The notes: a model not told the origin generated them from the letters alone. A stretch of DNA of 59,121 bases, filler included, from Squatina squatina (GCA_031763465.1; 4 parts of 4 records of this genome joined end to end with filler, not necessarily neighbours in it), one strand, 5' to 3'. Positions 1 through 14,033 are shown, numbered from the whole stretch's first letter. Made by a program: numbers and translations.

Positions 1-2206
1 TGATTATAATGATGACTGAAAATCTTTAAATTTAATTTTTTTTCGGTGTCTTGAAACCCATTCTGCTAAGTTTTTCTCTTCCTCGTATTGGCAGTAATCT
101 GGTGGAGTGAATTACCCAGCCATTATACAACCTGTCTGATTTTCATGCCTAATTTTCATTCCATTAGACAGATAATTTATTCCGCCAGATTACCAGCTAT
201 AAGGTGAAGACGAACATTTAGCTCATTGTGGGATGTGGTTAACAAACATGATTATACATTCATGTGATATTTTTTCCCTGCTGACAGCATTAACGCAGTT
301 ATTTTGACAAATGCTTTGATCTTAGTTTGTTTTTATCATTTACTTATATATCCGCATTTGCAATAATTCATTATACCAGAGATGATACTTTTAGCACAAT
401 TCAAGTTTAACTGTCCCATTCAACATGAATAACCTGTTCAGCAAGCATTCCACTACGTCAGAGACATTTTAACTGATTATGGGGTCTCTGAACCAAGCCA
501 CGTTAAAACTAAATCATTCATTCGCTACTATGCATTTTACAAAAACCTATTCTGGATTTGTAGCATTTTTTTTCTTTTGGGAAGATGTTTAGTTTATTTC
601 CTTTAGGTATTATCTCAATTACTTCTTACTGAGACAGGAGCCTACTCATATTTGTTCTGATGAAAGCAGCCAGTGTGCTAATTGTTGAACGGCAAAAGAG
701 AAGATTACTGGAAGGCCTTCAAATGCCACAGCGAAAGAACAAACATTTGTCAGCTCACACTCTCTGTAACAGTAACAAATAGAGCAGTACGCTTCATAAA
801 TAAGTTTGTGTTTATTACATGAATTAAGAATGAGGATGCTAAAAGCAGCTGTCATATTTGATGTTTTAAATTTTTCCTCCCTCTGTCTTGCCAAAAGCCC
901 TGCCGAATAGAGATTGTAACTGAAGCAGCTGAAACACTTTGAGCTTTACAACCACACAATTATCAGGAGGAACTGAAGACACTTTAATGGGCACAGGGAA
1001 TAATAACATCTCATTTCTTCGCAGAAGGATCATATGGCCTGCTATTATTATTGCATCATGGCTACATTATTAGTCTCTTGGCAGGCTCCTGTGAGACTCT
1101 TGTGGCCATCTCAATAGGCCTTGAAAGGATGTGTAAAGCTACGGCATTTGGACCAGAGTAACACAGATATTAATTGCTTTTAAGCTGCTTTTGCCCTTTA
1201 TTGAAAGACAAAGGCATTATAGAATAGGAAGAAAACACGAAGTATTTGGGCATGCGGACACTCGAACAGAACAAATGGAGCAGATGAAAAGAGATTGTGA
1301 AGACTTGCTAAATGCATACATCCATTTTATATTCTAGTTCATAGTATAACCCAGTTTTCTCACTGTCAAATTGCCTTATTTACAGTGCAGGGCAGCTCCT
1401 GCAACAATAGAATAACTGCATGGCTAATTAGTACAAAGTATTTGCATTTGTGACTTTATCAATCTGGCTGGGACTGTACAGGTCATCATCGGCAAAAGCG
1501 CATTACCATAGCCTGTACCAGCTGGTTGATAGATCACTCTACCCACAATGGCAGATCTATTGCAAGCGCACACAGTGCGAGTGAATCATCCAGCAGTGGC
1601 GACGCCAGTGGGGGAATCAGGTTCATGACGCTCCCAATCATTTTGATATTGGCCAAGTTGCTTTGGAGGGCTGCCTCCATTTCACCTTTGGCTTCCAGGT
1701 TCGGCCTGCATGTCTCTGGGGTTCCTGGCTTGGCCTTCAGAATAGGTAAGTTAGCATTCCCTANNNNNNNNNNNNNNNNNNNNNNNNNNNNNNNNNNNNN
1801 NNNNNNNNNNNNNNNNNNNNNNNNNNNNNNNNNNNNNNNNNNNNNNNNNNNNNNNNNNNNNNNGACCCTTGATTCTGAAACTGTGACCCTGGGTTCTAGA
1901 TTCCCCAGCCTGGGGAAACATTTTCTCAGCATTAACCCTTTCAAGCAGCTTCAATATTCATTCGGATACTTACTTTACTCTGTTTTGGGAGTCTCCAAAG
2001 GTTTCCCTCAGATTTGAGAGGTCAGGATAAAAATTAGCAGAAGGGGAGATGATCTCAAGAAGTCCTGATTGGATTTCATTGGAGTACCTGTGGGTAGCAT
2101 AACAATTATCAATTATCAATTTTCAGAACAAACTTACAGAAGAAATTACTGATTTTCTTCTCCTGCACAAGCAACTTATAAAACCAATTTATTTTCAGAC
2201 TCTTAG

Positions 2207-2374
2207 GGGTTGAAATTGCACTGTGTGATATTCGTGAGCAATGCATTAACGTACAGCTAATTTAATACAAGAATAAACCAGTTTATTTAAATAGGTTAAC
2301 ATCATCACAAAGGAATTTCTCACAAAACATATTAATAGGTTTATTACTAGTATCACACAGTGCAATTTCAACCC
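2207..2374. mobile_element. MITE-like element with perfect 24-bp terminal inverted repeats
   Basis: GGGTTGAAATTGCACTGTGTGATA at 2207-2230 and its exact reverse complement at 2351-2374; AT-rich interior with no ORF. Confidence 0.75.
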
Positions 2375-2517
2375 ATTTAAGTCACACAAAATATAGTGTA
2401 CTTTACAATATTCTTACNNNNNNNNNNNNNNNNNNNNNNNNNNNNNNNNNNNNNNNNNNNNNNNNNNNNNNNNNNNNNNNNNNNNNNNNNNNNNNNNNNN
2501 NNNNNNNNNNNNNNNNN

Positions 2518-4976
2518 CCTCCAGTTCGGGCAGTCTTGGGCCAGAGATTCCTATGAGTCGGTGGGGATGTTACATTTTTTCCGGGAGGCTTTGAGGACAT
2601 CCTTGAAGCGCTTCCTCTGCCCTTCCGGGAGCCTTGAGTCAGACATGCGGACGATGTGGCCTGCCCAACGCAACTGGTTGAGCATGACCAATGCCTCGAT
2701 GCTGTGGATGTTGGCCTGAGAGAGGACGCTGATATTGGTATGCCTATCCTACCAGTGGATTTGCAGGATTTTGCGGAGGTATTTCTCCAGTGCTTTGAGG
2801 TGCCTACTGTACATTGACCATGTCTCCGATGCATACAGGAGGGCAGGTATCACTGCTGCCCTATAGACCATGAGCTTGGTGCCAGGTTTGATGTCTTTAT
2901 CTTCAAACACTCTCTTCCTCAAGCGGCCGAAAACTGTGCTGGCACACTGGAGTCGGTGTTGTATTTCGTCATCTATATCTTCCCTCGCTGAGAGGAGGCT
3001 CCCAAGGTATGGAAAGTGATTCACATTGTCCAGGGGCTCACTGTGGATCTTGATAGTCTGGGGGCACTGTTGTGCAGCTGGGGCAGGCTGGTGTAGGACC
3101 TTTTTCTTGCGGGTGTTTAGTGTGAGGCCCATTCTCTCGTATGCCTCAGTGAATAAATCGAAGATGGATTGGAGCTCAGCCTCCGAGTGTGCACATACTC
3201 AAGTGTCGTTTGCGTGCTGCAGTTCGATGATAGAGATTGGGGTGGTCTTGGTTCTGGACTAGAGGCAGCGGAGTTTGAACAGTTTCNNNNNNNNNNNNNN
3301 NNNNNNNNNNNNNNNNNNNNNNNNNNNNNNNNNNNNNNNNNNNNNNNNNNNNNNNNNNNNNNNNNNNNNNNNNNNNNNNNNNNNNNGTGCCTGCTATACA
3401 TTGACCATGTCTCCGATGCATACAGGAGGGCAGGTATCACTGCTGCCCTGTCGACCATAAGCTTGTTGCTGGGTTTGAGGTCTTTATCTTCAAACACTCT
3501 TTTCCTCAGGCGGTTGAAGGCTGTGCTGGCACACTGGAGGTGGTGTTGAATTTCATTGTCTATGTCTGCCCTCATTGAGAGGAGGCTCCCAAGTGATGGG
3601 TATGAAAAGTGATCCACGTTGCCCAGGGGCTCGCTGTGGATCTTGATAGTTGAGGGACAGTGGTGTGTGGCTGGGGCAGGCTGGTGCAGGACCTATATCT
3701 TGTGGATGTTTAGTGTTCTGCCCATTCTCTCACACGCCTTAGTGAATAAATCGACGATGGATTGGAGCTCAGCCTCCGAATGTGCACACACACAAGTGTC
3801 GTCTGTGTACTGCAGTTCGATGATTAATAGAGGTCGGCATGGTCTTGGTTCTGGACTGGAGGCGGCGGAGGTCCATTTTCCACTCGTCCTGTAGATTAGC
3901 TCCACTCCAGCAGGGAGCTTCATGGAGATGGGATGGAGTGTCACGGAGAGGAAGATGGAGAAGAGCGTCGGTGCGATGACACAGCCTTGCTTGCCCTTAG
4001 TTTGTACTTGTATTGGCGNNNNNNNNNNNNNNNNNNNNNNNNNNNNNNNNNNNNNNNNNNNNNNNNNNNNNNNNNNNNNNNNNNNNNNNNNNNNNNNNNN
4101 NNNNNNNNNNNNNNNNNNACGATGCGGCCCACCCATCACATCTGGTTGAGCATGACCAGTGCCTCGATGCTGGGAATGTTGGCCTGAGAGGACGCTGACA
4201 TTTGTATGCCAATCCTGCCAGTGCAATTGCAGGATTTTGCGGAGGCAGCATTGGTGGTACTTCTCTAGTGCTTTGAGGTGTCTACTGTATATTGTCCATG
4301 TCTCCGACGCATACAGTATCATTGCTACCCTGTAAACCATGAGCTTGGCACCGGGTTTGAAGTCCTTATCTTCATCCACTCTTTTCCTCAAGCGCCCGAA
4401 GGCTGTGCTGGCACACTGGAGGCGGTGTTGGATTTAGTTGTCTATGTCTGCCCTCACTGAGGGAAGAGTCCCAAGGTATGGAAAGTGATCCACGATTTCC
4501 AGGGGCTCGCCGTGGATCTTGATATTCGGGGGGGCAGTGTTGTGTGGCTGGGGCAGGCCCTTTGTCTCGCGGGTGTGAGGCCCATTCTCTTGTAACCCTC
4601 GGTGAATAAATTGACGATGAATTGGAGCTCAGCCTCCGAGTGCACGCACGGCCTCCGAGTGCACGCACGCACGCACACACACAGTCTGCAGACTGCAGTT
4701 CGATGATAGAGGTTGGAGTGGTCTTGGTTCTGGATTGGAGGTGGCGGAGGTTGAACAATTTCCCACTCATCCTGTAGATTAACTCCACTCCAGTGGGGAG
4801 CTTCCTGGAGATGGAATGAAGTGTTGCGGCACAGAAGATGAAGAAGAGCGTCGGTGTGATGGCACAGCCTTGCTTGACCCCAGTTTGCACTTGTATTGGG
4901 TCCGTGGTTAAACCGTTAGTGAGGATCACAGCTTGTATGTCATCGTGGAGCAGGCGGAGGATGCCGATGAATTTTT
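2518..4976 (-). mobile_element. RTE-clade non-LTR retrotransposon, three degenerate RT/C-terminal fragments (2518-3286, 3387-4018, 4119-4976)
   Basis: Translations contain GVKQGC..PTLF, LQYxDD-like, FPYLGSLLS, DIDDEIQHRLQCAS..FGRLRKRVF, YRAAVIPALLYASETW and LRKILQIHW; frameshifts and stops; fragments separated by N gaps. Confidence 0.9.
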
Positions 4977-5146
4977 NNNNNNNNNNNNNNNNNNNNNNNN
5001 NNNNNNNNNNNNNNNNNNNNNNNNNNNNNNNNNNNNNNNNNNNNNNNNNNNNNNNNNNNNNNNNNNNNNNNNNNNNNNNNNNNNNNNNNNNNNNNNNNNN
5101 NNNNNNNNNNNNNNNNNNNNNNNNNNNNNNNNNNNNNNNNNNNNNN

Positions 5147-5994
5147 CTGTCCCACGTCCAAAAGAGAGACAAACTGATCCTCCTTAGTGATTTCAGTGCC
5201 AGAGTTGGAAAGGATGCAAGCCTCTGGAAGAGTGCAATTGGCAGAGAGGGAGTACAAACTCCAACGGTGTCCTTCTCCTGACAAAGTGCCTGGAACATGG
5301 CCTTGTCATAACCAACACCTTATTCCGACAAAGACAAGCACAAGGCCTCATGGCAACACGCTCACACCAACTAGATTACGTCATCGTTCGAGCGAGGGAC
5401 CGCAAGGATATCCGTATCACCCGTGCCATGACAGGGGCCAACGACTGCTGGACTGACCGCCTAATCCACTCCATCATCTCCATCAAACTGGCCCATAAGC
5501 AGCAGCGGCAGAAGAAAAAATGCCACAGAAAGTTCAACATCCAAGGGTTCAAAAGATCCTGCGAAGAAAGCCCTACTCAGCCAACGCCTCACAACTAATC
5601 TGGTTTCGCTCAATGATTTAGAGCCACAGCGTGTGGTCCGCCCTCANNNNNNNNNNGCACCCGTAAGGAGAACCTCGGTCTCTTTCAGGAAACATCAAGA
5701 CTGGTTTGATGAGAACAACCAGGAGATCCAGGAACTGCTTAACCACAAGCGCAAGGCTTTCCTGAACTGGAAGCACCACCAAAACTCACAGGATTGTAAA
5801 CAGGTCTGCAGGCAAATGAAGGCTGAGGTCCAACTTAAAACCCAGGACCTAAAGAATAGATGGTGGGTCGAAAGAGTGCAGGAGATCCAACTTGCCGACA
5901 GCAACAACATGCAGGGTTTTCTTCAGGGCAGTCAAGACCATCTACAGCCCAAGCACCCAAGGACCCACCCAACTGAAAGCGAAGAATGGTGTTG
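5147..5994 (+). mobile_element. RTE-clade LINE fragment (APE endonuclease end and linker region)
   Basis: DKLILLSDFSARVG, HQLDYVIVRARDRKDIRITRAMTGANDCWTD and RKHQDWFDENNQEI motifs typical of the RTE ORF; frameshifted. Confidence 0.88.
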
Positions 5995-6799
5995 NNNNNN
6001 NNNNNNNNNNNNNNNNNNNNNNNNNNNNNNNNNNNNNNNNNNNNNNNNNNNNNNNNNNNNNNNNNNNNNNNNNNNNNNNNNNNNNNNNNNNNNNTGGTTG
6101 TAAAGTGCTTTGCGACATCCTGAGGTTATAAAAGGAGCTATATAAATGCAAGTCTTTCTTTTGCATTTGAATTGTGCTGCCAGTAATACAACAATCCAAG
6201 GCTTTGACTATCCTGACCTAGGTGGAAGCAGCAGTATTTGAACTGCAATTTTCTGGGAGAAGAAAACAAGTTTTGTTTTTAAAAAAAACTTAAGAGAAAA
6301 GGAGACAACTTTTAAATGCTGAACAGTTTCAAGTACCACAGGAAAATGTGAGAAATATAAATCTAAAATTTTTAAATGCAGCTATTGAAGGTAACCTTTC
6401 AGGCTGACAAATTAGAGGGAGTATTTTACAATATGTTTAAAATCTGGTAATCTTAGGCAGCAGTTTTAAATGTTCCTGGGGTTTCTTACCTCCCGTCCTC
6501 CCCTGTCCTATCAGTACTTTTGGTTGAAGGCTGTCCTCATTAGACATCAGATGAGGAAGGTAATAGAAGATATTTGGTGGCTGAACATTATGCTTTCTGT
6601 TAAGGTTCAATACTTTCATCTTCATTGCATCTGAAATCAAGGAAACCAATGTTAAGGTAATGTGTTGCATGCAGCCATGCTTATTTTCTAGATTGACATC
6701 TCTAACAGTTTGCATTAACTGTGTCAGCTTGCCATCATTAGGAGCAGGGTGTGGGCTCAAGCACTGCTTCAGGACTTCAGCACAGGATCTAGGCTGAGG

Positions 6800-7140
6800 C
6801 TTCAGTGCAGTACTGAAGGAGTGCTTAATTGGTGGAGGTGCTGTATTTTGGATGAAGTGTTATACTGAGGCCTTGTTTGCCTGTTTAGTTGGATGTAAAA
6901 AAAATCCCATACCGCTACTTGATGAAGCGCAAGGAGCTCTCTTGGTGTCTTGGCCAACATTCCTTCTTCAACCAACATGAATTGGCCATTCATCTCACTT
7001 CCCCTGTATATGCAACCTTGCTGTGTAAAATGAGCTGCCATGTTTAGCCACATTACAGCAGTGATTACAATTCAAAAACTCTTCATCGGCTGTGGAGTGC
7101 TTTAGGATATCCTGAGGATGTGAAAGGTGCTATATAAAGT
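6800..7140 (+). mobile_element. Deu-domain SINE (SacSINE1-like), 5'-truncated and diverged
   Basis: Aligns by eye with the reverse complement of the full copy at 25644-26095 (GTACTGAAGGAGTGCT...TGGCCAACATT...GTGAAAGGTGCTATATAAA). Confidence 0.7.
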
Positions 7141-7739
7141 TAAATTATTTTATTAGCAGTTTGTTGCTGCTGCAATTTTGCATTGAGCGCCACACAAAGC
7201 ATAAACATTTCTATAGTCCTCTGCTTGGAGCTGCAGGTTACCTCTTTCATCTCTCCTCTCTTGGACACTCTGCCCTCCCAAATCGCTACCCCAACCTTTC
7301 ATTACTCTTCTACAATCCTACTCTCCTGCCGCCATCCCAGGCTCGTCTCCCTCTTAGACAAGCCTACAGATTCCCTCTGTTCCTCTCTTGTCATCCTCTG
7401 AAGGGCCCATGTGGCACTCGTTGCTGTCTCCTCACANNNNNNNNNNNNNNNNNNNNNNNNNNNNNNNNNNNNNNNNNNNNNNNNNNNNNNNNNNNNNNNN
7501 NNNNNNNNNNNNNNNNNNNNNNNNNNNNNNNNNNNNATCCAAACTCAAGAAACAAAACTGATTGCATACATAAAGTCAAATAGAAGAGTCTATCCAGTCC
7601 ATTAGGGTAACAGACCACCCTATTGGTTACAAGGCAAATAGATTTCCTGAACACTCAGCCAATTGACTGCCAAGAAAAGTGGAAAGGTAGAACATAGAAA
7701 AGACAAAAAATTAAAGCCAAAATTAAGAGACAAAAGCAG

Positions 7740-7922
7740 CCTTGGCTAAAGTGGTGCCACATTTGCCTGTTCAGTCAGAAAGTTGTGCATTCAAATTCCA
7801 CTCCATGGATTTGAGCACATAATCCAGGCTGACAATTCAGTGAAGTACTGAGGGAGTGCTGCATTGTCAGAGGTGCCCTCATCAGATAAAATGTTCAACT
7901 GCTCTCAGGTGGACATAAAAGA
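7740..7922 (+). mobile_element. Deu-domain SINE, 5' half with tRNA-like head
   Basis: TGGCTAAAGTGG A-box-like and TTCAAATTCC B-box-like motifs, followed by GTACTGAGGGAGTGCTGCATTGTCAGAGGTGCC. Confidence 0.7.
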
Positions 7923-9261
7923 GCACAGAGATTAAATACAACTTTATTAGCATTATAAACAGAACTATCATTAATGAATGGCAGCTAAACAATTACACGG
8001 AGGAAAGGAAACAATAGAGGCTGGAATGGGAACCTGGTGGAACCAATCTGATTGAGTGGAGGGTGGCACTGACTGCTGTACGAACTAATCAATCAGATTT
8101 TTAGTACCCTTGATCCCTTAAGGTCTGGTACACATTTTGAACACCCTTTCGCCCCACCCTGGCCAGAGTACATATTTTATGCGTGGCTCCGGACTCCCTG
8201 AGCCACACAGACGAGGATCACCTGATCTCAGCTCAGAGAGAGGTAGGGGTGTTACAACTGGCCTCAACGCTCCTCAACTAGGGAAGGGTAAAAACAATAA
8301 TCAGATGGGATCCTGCTCCTGCTTGCCATCCAATGAACAAAGTTAGAAAATGTATGTGTGCATGCGTGTTAGGTGGCGCTCAGCTCTGATAGCCCACCAC
8401 CCATGATTGAATAGTCTGTCTAGGGTATCAAATGACGAATGGCCATATGGGTGCACTACGGAAAGGTTGCAGTTACCTGTGAAACAGCATCCCAGCATGA
8501 GTTAGCATCCTAAACAGGAGGAGGTAGGTAAGTGGGAAAGAAAACCCCATTAGAACCCAGGTCATTGTCCCATCTCGGGGCTCCCCTCTGTCTTACTGCT
8601 TTTGGTTGTGGACTTGCCAAAAGATGCCAACTTGCACAAATTTGAAAACTCCAGACTACTTGTCTTATTTCTCTCATGAAGAAACCAGTCACTCCGGTTA
8701 TCAGATCTTCTTCACTTGTGACAACAACTTGGCATTCTATTATTCTAACCGCATGGTGGCAAATGCCAGTTGCCCAACATTGTTTTGTGTAGCACTACAC
8801 AGTTGATCTAGAATTTTAGTGCGAGTATGCAAAATTCAGTCATACTTACAATCAATTGACTCCTGTTGCCAATTCATTGTACAGGGAAGTCTTTAGGAAG
8901 TAATAGAAAGCAGGAAACCAGTATTGTCCAAATCACCTTTGACTTCTGCTGAAAATATGCATTGAGATATTCAATGAACTGACTCAGTGTTATTCCAGTA
9001 CCAGCAAAAGATTCTATTCAAAATGATTGAATAAAAACATAGGACTTGAAAATGCCCTGTCCGGCAATCCTGACAGCTATGCCCACTGAGACCCTCTGCT
9101 GCTAACTCCTGAGGACTTTCTGGGATCAGCGTGAGGGTTCCACATTTAGATATGTGACAGGTACCTGTGCCTCTATGAGCACACCTTGGGCTCCCGCCTA
9201 CTCTGGAGGCTGCAATTTACAGCACCCTGTTCCCGGTTAGCAGCCCCATTTGTAAAGGGCA

Positions 9262-9520
9262 ATCACTTCTGTAATATCACCTGCCTCTACCTCAATCTCA
9301 GCCCATCTGATGCTGAAACCTTCATCCATGCTTTTTTCACCTCCAGCCCCAACTGCTCTCCTGGACGGCCTCCAATCCAACATTTAGCTACAGTTTATCC
9401 AAATCTCTGCTGCTTGTATGGTTTCCCACACCAGGCCCTGCTCACCTATCACCCCTGTCCTCAATGACTTATGTTGGTTCTTGCTACCTCCCCTCCCCAG
9501 CCAGTGCGTCCAATTTAAAA
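9262..9520 (+). mobile_element. L2-clade LINE RT C-terminal remnant
   Basis: HFCNITCLYLNLSPSDAETFIHAFFTS resembles the L2 motif HLRNIARLR..LS...AETLIHAFVTSRLDY. Confidence 0.65.
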
Positions 9521-12500
9521 TAAGAACATAAGAAATAGGAGCAGGAGTAGGNNNNNNNNNNNNNNNNNNNNNNNNNNNNNNNNNNNNNNNNNNNNNNNNN
9601 NNNNNNNNNNNNNNNNNNNNNNNNNNNNNNNNNNNNNNNNNNNNNNNNNNNAAGCCAGCAAGATGTCGGGTGAGGACGACAACAGCAACTCGCATATAAA
9701 TAAGCGCCTTTAATGTAGTAAACGTCCCAAGGTGCTTTGCAGGACTATAACCAGACAAATGGACACCAAGCCAAAGAAGGAGTTATTCGGACTTGTGACT
9801 GAATTCTTGGGGGCCCCAATTTGTTTACCTTCGCGCCCAGGTAGCGCCAATCAACGTCGCTACCCGGGCATGAAAGCAGCGTGGGAAAAAGAAATTACTC
9901 ATTTGGCCTATTGAACCTGGCGTCCTGGCAACACTCAGGCTTTGGCGCCGGGGTAGGACGCGTGATGTCATTAGATCGTGCGCCATCCCTTTACACCCAG
10001 CCACAAGCCCCCCACTGTGCGCAGTAGGTGAGCCGCCTCTGGAATTGGAGCCCAGCTCACCTGCGTGCCACTGGCATTGGCAACGTTTACCTTTCGTTGC
10101 CAAGGCTCGTTAAAGGCGTGGGTCTTGCGCGGCGGCCGCCATCTTTAAACATAGGCCTACTTTATTGTCAGCTGATGTGTGGCCGTGAATACGAGGGTGA
10201 GAATTTTTAAATCGAGGCGTTGGTGAACTGGGAGCCAATGTAGGTCAGCGAGCACAGGGATGCTGGGTGAACGGGACGTGGAGTTCGCGGAGAGTTGTAG
10301 GGCAGCATAAGCAATTATTGTTTAGACGCATACATAAAGAATGGGGACTGCACAAGACACAAGACTGCTGGCTCCATGCGACCGTCATGGGGAGAAAAAA
10401 ATATTTAGCAATCAGACTGCACACTGATAACTGAGAGTAGTGCCTTGCATTAAGGATACCTCTGTTAAAAGCTGTTTTCGTTCTTGGAAGCAACTAAAAT
10501 TCCACCACACAGGAAATGTGCAAAAACAATGACAGCATATGTGGTCTCTGCAAGTACAAAGTCTGCTTTGACATTATAGACACCAATCTGTAAATACCCA
10601 AAACCTTTGATAATAGCAAAAATAATAAAGTACAGTAGCTCTATTTAATGTGGGTCCCTGAATCAAGGATCTAGTTCTAATGTTTATAGCTGCAGAACAA
10701 GTGAAAGCCAGAATGTTCCGAATGATGCAACTATCTGTTGAAACTGTGAAGGAAGTGGGTTAGAAGAATATAAATGGTAAGATGGATTTTAAANNNNNNN
10801 NNNNNNNNNNNNNNNNNNNNNNNNNNNNNNNNNNNNNNNNNNNNNNNNNNNNNNNNNNNNNNNNNNNNNNNNNNNNNNNNNNNNNNNNNNNNNATTTTAT
10901 TTGCGGATCAGAGGCATTTCCCCGCGAAAAGCCTCTGACCGCAAATTCAAGGCCAGTGACTTAAGTTTGTCCATGATACTTAACTTTATTTCAAATATGG
11001 CTTACAGCACAAGTTGTATAAAGGGTCGGTAATATTGAAATATGCAGGTTTCTAGAGTTTGTTACATGCACCCTTTAAAAGCTAGCCAGCTGAAACTGCT
11101 GGGGAGGTTTTGCTCTGTCCGACACCTGGGGAATCACCGGTTCCCAGGTGCAGGGCAGAGGATAAAGGAGCGAAGATTCATTATGCCAAGTCTCAGTCCC
11201 CATTGTATCCCGGGGTTTCCTCGGGAAACACAACTGGGATTGCACCAGTAATACATTAATAATTGAGATCAAATTTAACTGATAAGGCTGTATTATCGAG
11301 GGACTCATGAACAAGTGTTCATAAAGTAATAGAGGGTTAAATTATCAAGCCATCCATGTCTGGAAGCAACTTCTTTCAGCACAATATTTTATATGACAAA
11401 AATACTGCAAGACCAGCCAGACCACTGCCTGTAGAGTATTGAAACTTTAGCCAAGTGTAGGAAACCTCCAAAAATGCAGATAATTGCACCAGCAGCCAGA
11501 AGAAATAATCCAGCAACTAACCTGCAAGTACTTCATGATCNNNNNNNNNNNNNNNNNNNNNNNNNNNNNNNNNNNNNNNNNNNNNNNNNNNNNNNNNNNN
11601 NNNNNNNNNNNNNNNNNNNNNNNNNNNNNNNNNNNNNNNNCCAGACCAATTGGGGCCCCCAGATACATTGATTGTCTTTGATACACCTGGGAAAGCAAGA
11701 TTTCATGTTATGTTCTGGTGTCAAAAATGAGTTACAGTTTATTTTCCCTGTGCTAACTCTGGTGTTGTACAGAGTACTTTGCTTCATAGAAGGAAAGCTA
11801 AATTGTGTCAGATTTTGACAGTGAATGGCATGTGTGATTATTAACTTGCTATGCTTAACACTCTTTTTAGGTTCTTTGGGGAACACTACATAGAAACAGC
11901 TCGCCAGACTCTTTCACGTTCAAATCACCCCAAGATAGGGTAAGTGAAAGCATGTTATGTTATTTTTACTCCATCTCATTCATTTTACAAGGAAACGGTT
12001 CGCAAAAATATTTGGGAACTTGGGCATGGTGGCTCCTTTTGAGACCTATTTAAAATCTCGCTTTCAAAATAGTGAGGAAATTCAATCTAAATATAATCTA
12101 AAAAGGCAACTAGTAGCACTGATTTCTTACAATAGCCTTAACTGAGCTGTTAGCAGAGTTTGTGATTTTTGTACCATCAATATATCTCACTGTTATATGA
12201 CAATGAAATCCTTCTTTTAAATGAAAGCCAGGTTAGGTGCTAGCTTATTTTTTTTTAAAAGGAAAAGAATAAAATCTCTCAATTACAACTTCCAAACAAT
12301 CATTTAATGGCCATCAAATTTTGGGTGGGGATTCTTGCTATGAAACTAGCACTGAATTTGTAAACTGGATATGAAAAGTCAAATTCAAGGTGTCTGGCAA
12401 TGGCACTTCTATTTATTGTTATTATTTGTTTAATTACATAGACCAAAAAAACCCCAGAATAATTTGACTTTTTACTGCACCTTGGAAAAATGGATCTTAA

Positions 12501-14033
12501 ATTACTTTATCATCCAATGTATATAACCAAAGCCACTCAGGATGAGAGTGGAGACCTGAATAAGTTGCCAATGTATAGGAAATATGCTAATAAAACTAAG
12601 ATTAAAAATCTCTTAATAGGTAGAAGATGGCTGTACTCAATTTTTTTCTTTGTACAGAAACTAATTTGTATTGTTGCATATGGCATCTGCAATAAACTAA
12701 GGTTGTTTCATAGATTATAAATATTTTCCTTTTGTGAGCTTCAGAATATAGCCATGATATTTAAATCAGTTTGACAGCTAAAGCTATTTTATGGTGTGTT
12801 CCCGATTCCAGATATTCCTATGCGATAGTTGGAATAAATCTCACTGAAATGGCTTACAGTATGCTGAAGAGTGGCTTACTAAAGCCTTATTTCTACAACC
12901 TGGTTTCTGGAGTTCCTCAGTTACATCATTTCCATCAGTTTTATTGTAAGTGCTTTAAAATGTTTCCTTCCACAACTTCACTGGTGCAGAATATATTTTG
13001 TTTGCTGCAATGTTATTTTCACAGATTCTGTAGAATTTGGGCTAGAATTCTCATTTTGCCCACAGAAAGAGTGGACACCAAAATGGTGGTTTAGTTTTCT
13101 CAAGGANNNNNNNNNNNNNNNNNNNNNNNNNNNNNNNNNNNNNNNNNNNNNNNNNNNNNNNNNNNNNNNNNNNNNNNNNNNNNNNNNNNNNNNNNNNNNN
13201 NNNNNNTCTGTCCCGTTCCCCCGTCTCTCTCCCTCTGTCCCTCGCTCACGCTCTCTGTCCCAGTGGATATCTACTAATTCCCCGTCTCTCTCTGAACAGG
13301 AAATAACAAATGTTTCCCTCTTTGTCCCTGGTTCAGGATATACCTGTTGTTTCCTCTCTTCATCTACAATTCTTCGTCTAAAATTTGTTTCCTGGCTAAT
13401 TCTTACACTCAAATGTTTGCTATGATTAAACAAAAAATGGTTTTCACCAGATGCCTAAAATCAATGCATTAACAAATTAACCAGCCTGACAGAGTACTTT
13501 TACCTGGGGTTTTAATTTTATTCTATACATTGCTCCTTTCATTTTGAAGGTCAAGCCAACATCCCTAAGAATCCTTTAAAAAAAGGAAAGAATCAATTTA
13601 AAACAGCAACTTCAGTTCGGAAACAAAAAGATAGAAGTTGTATTAGTACTGTACCTAGTATAAAAAAAATGAAATTTCCAGGAATGGCTTCAGTAACAAA
13701 GACACTGGTCAACATATAAAGTTACAAATGATTAATAAACAAACATAATTGAACTGGTTTACAAAGCAGCGTGGAATCAAAGTGCAGGTGCTCCAGTTTT
13801 CTACAGGGTATGTTTAAAATTAAAGTGTAATGCTCAATAATATGCAATGAAACATGGGGTTAGAAGGGAGATAATTCACCTAAATACTACTTATAATTTA
13901 CAATACAAGGAGATACAGTACATAGGACAATCCTTCTGAAACTACTGTACAGTCAGTTTACTAAACATCTATATGGATCAGGTTTATAAGACGTTACTTC
14001 ACATAATCTGTTGACTAAACAGTAGCAACCACC

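Noticed and set aside
1526-2017. ORFs of 163 and 136 aa spanning a gap
   Set aside because: Length is inflated by 100 N and there is no recognisable domain; at most a weak retroelement remnant.
12412-13522. TBC1D9 polyadenylation signals (minus-strand AATAAA at 13522-13517 and 12417-12412)
   Set aside because: Plausible, but the hexamer is common in AT-rich DNA and a gap intervenes; cannot choose without transcript data.
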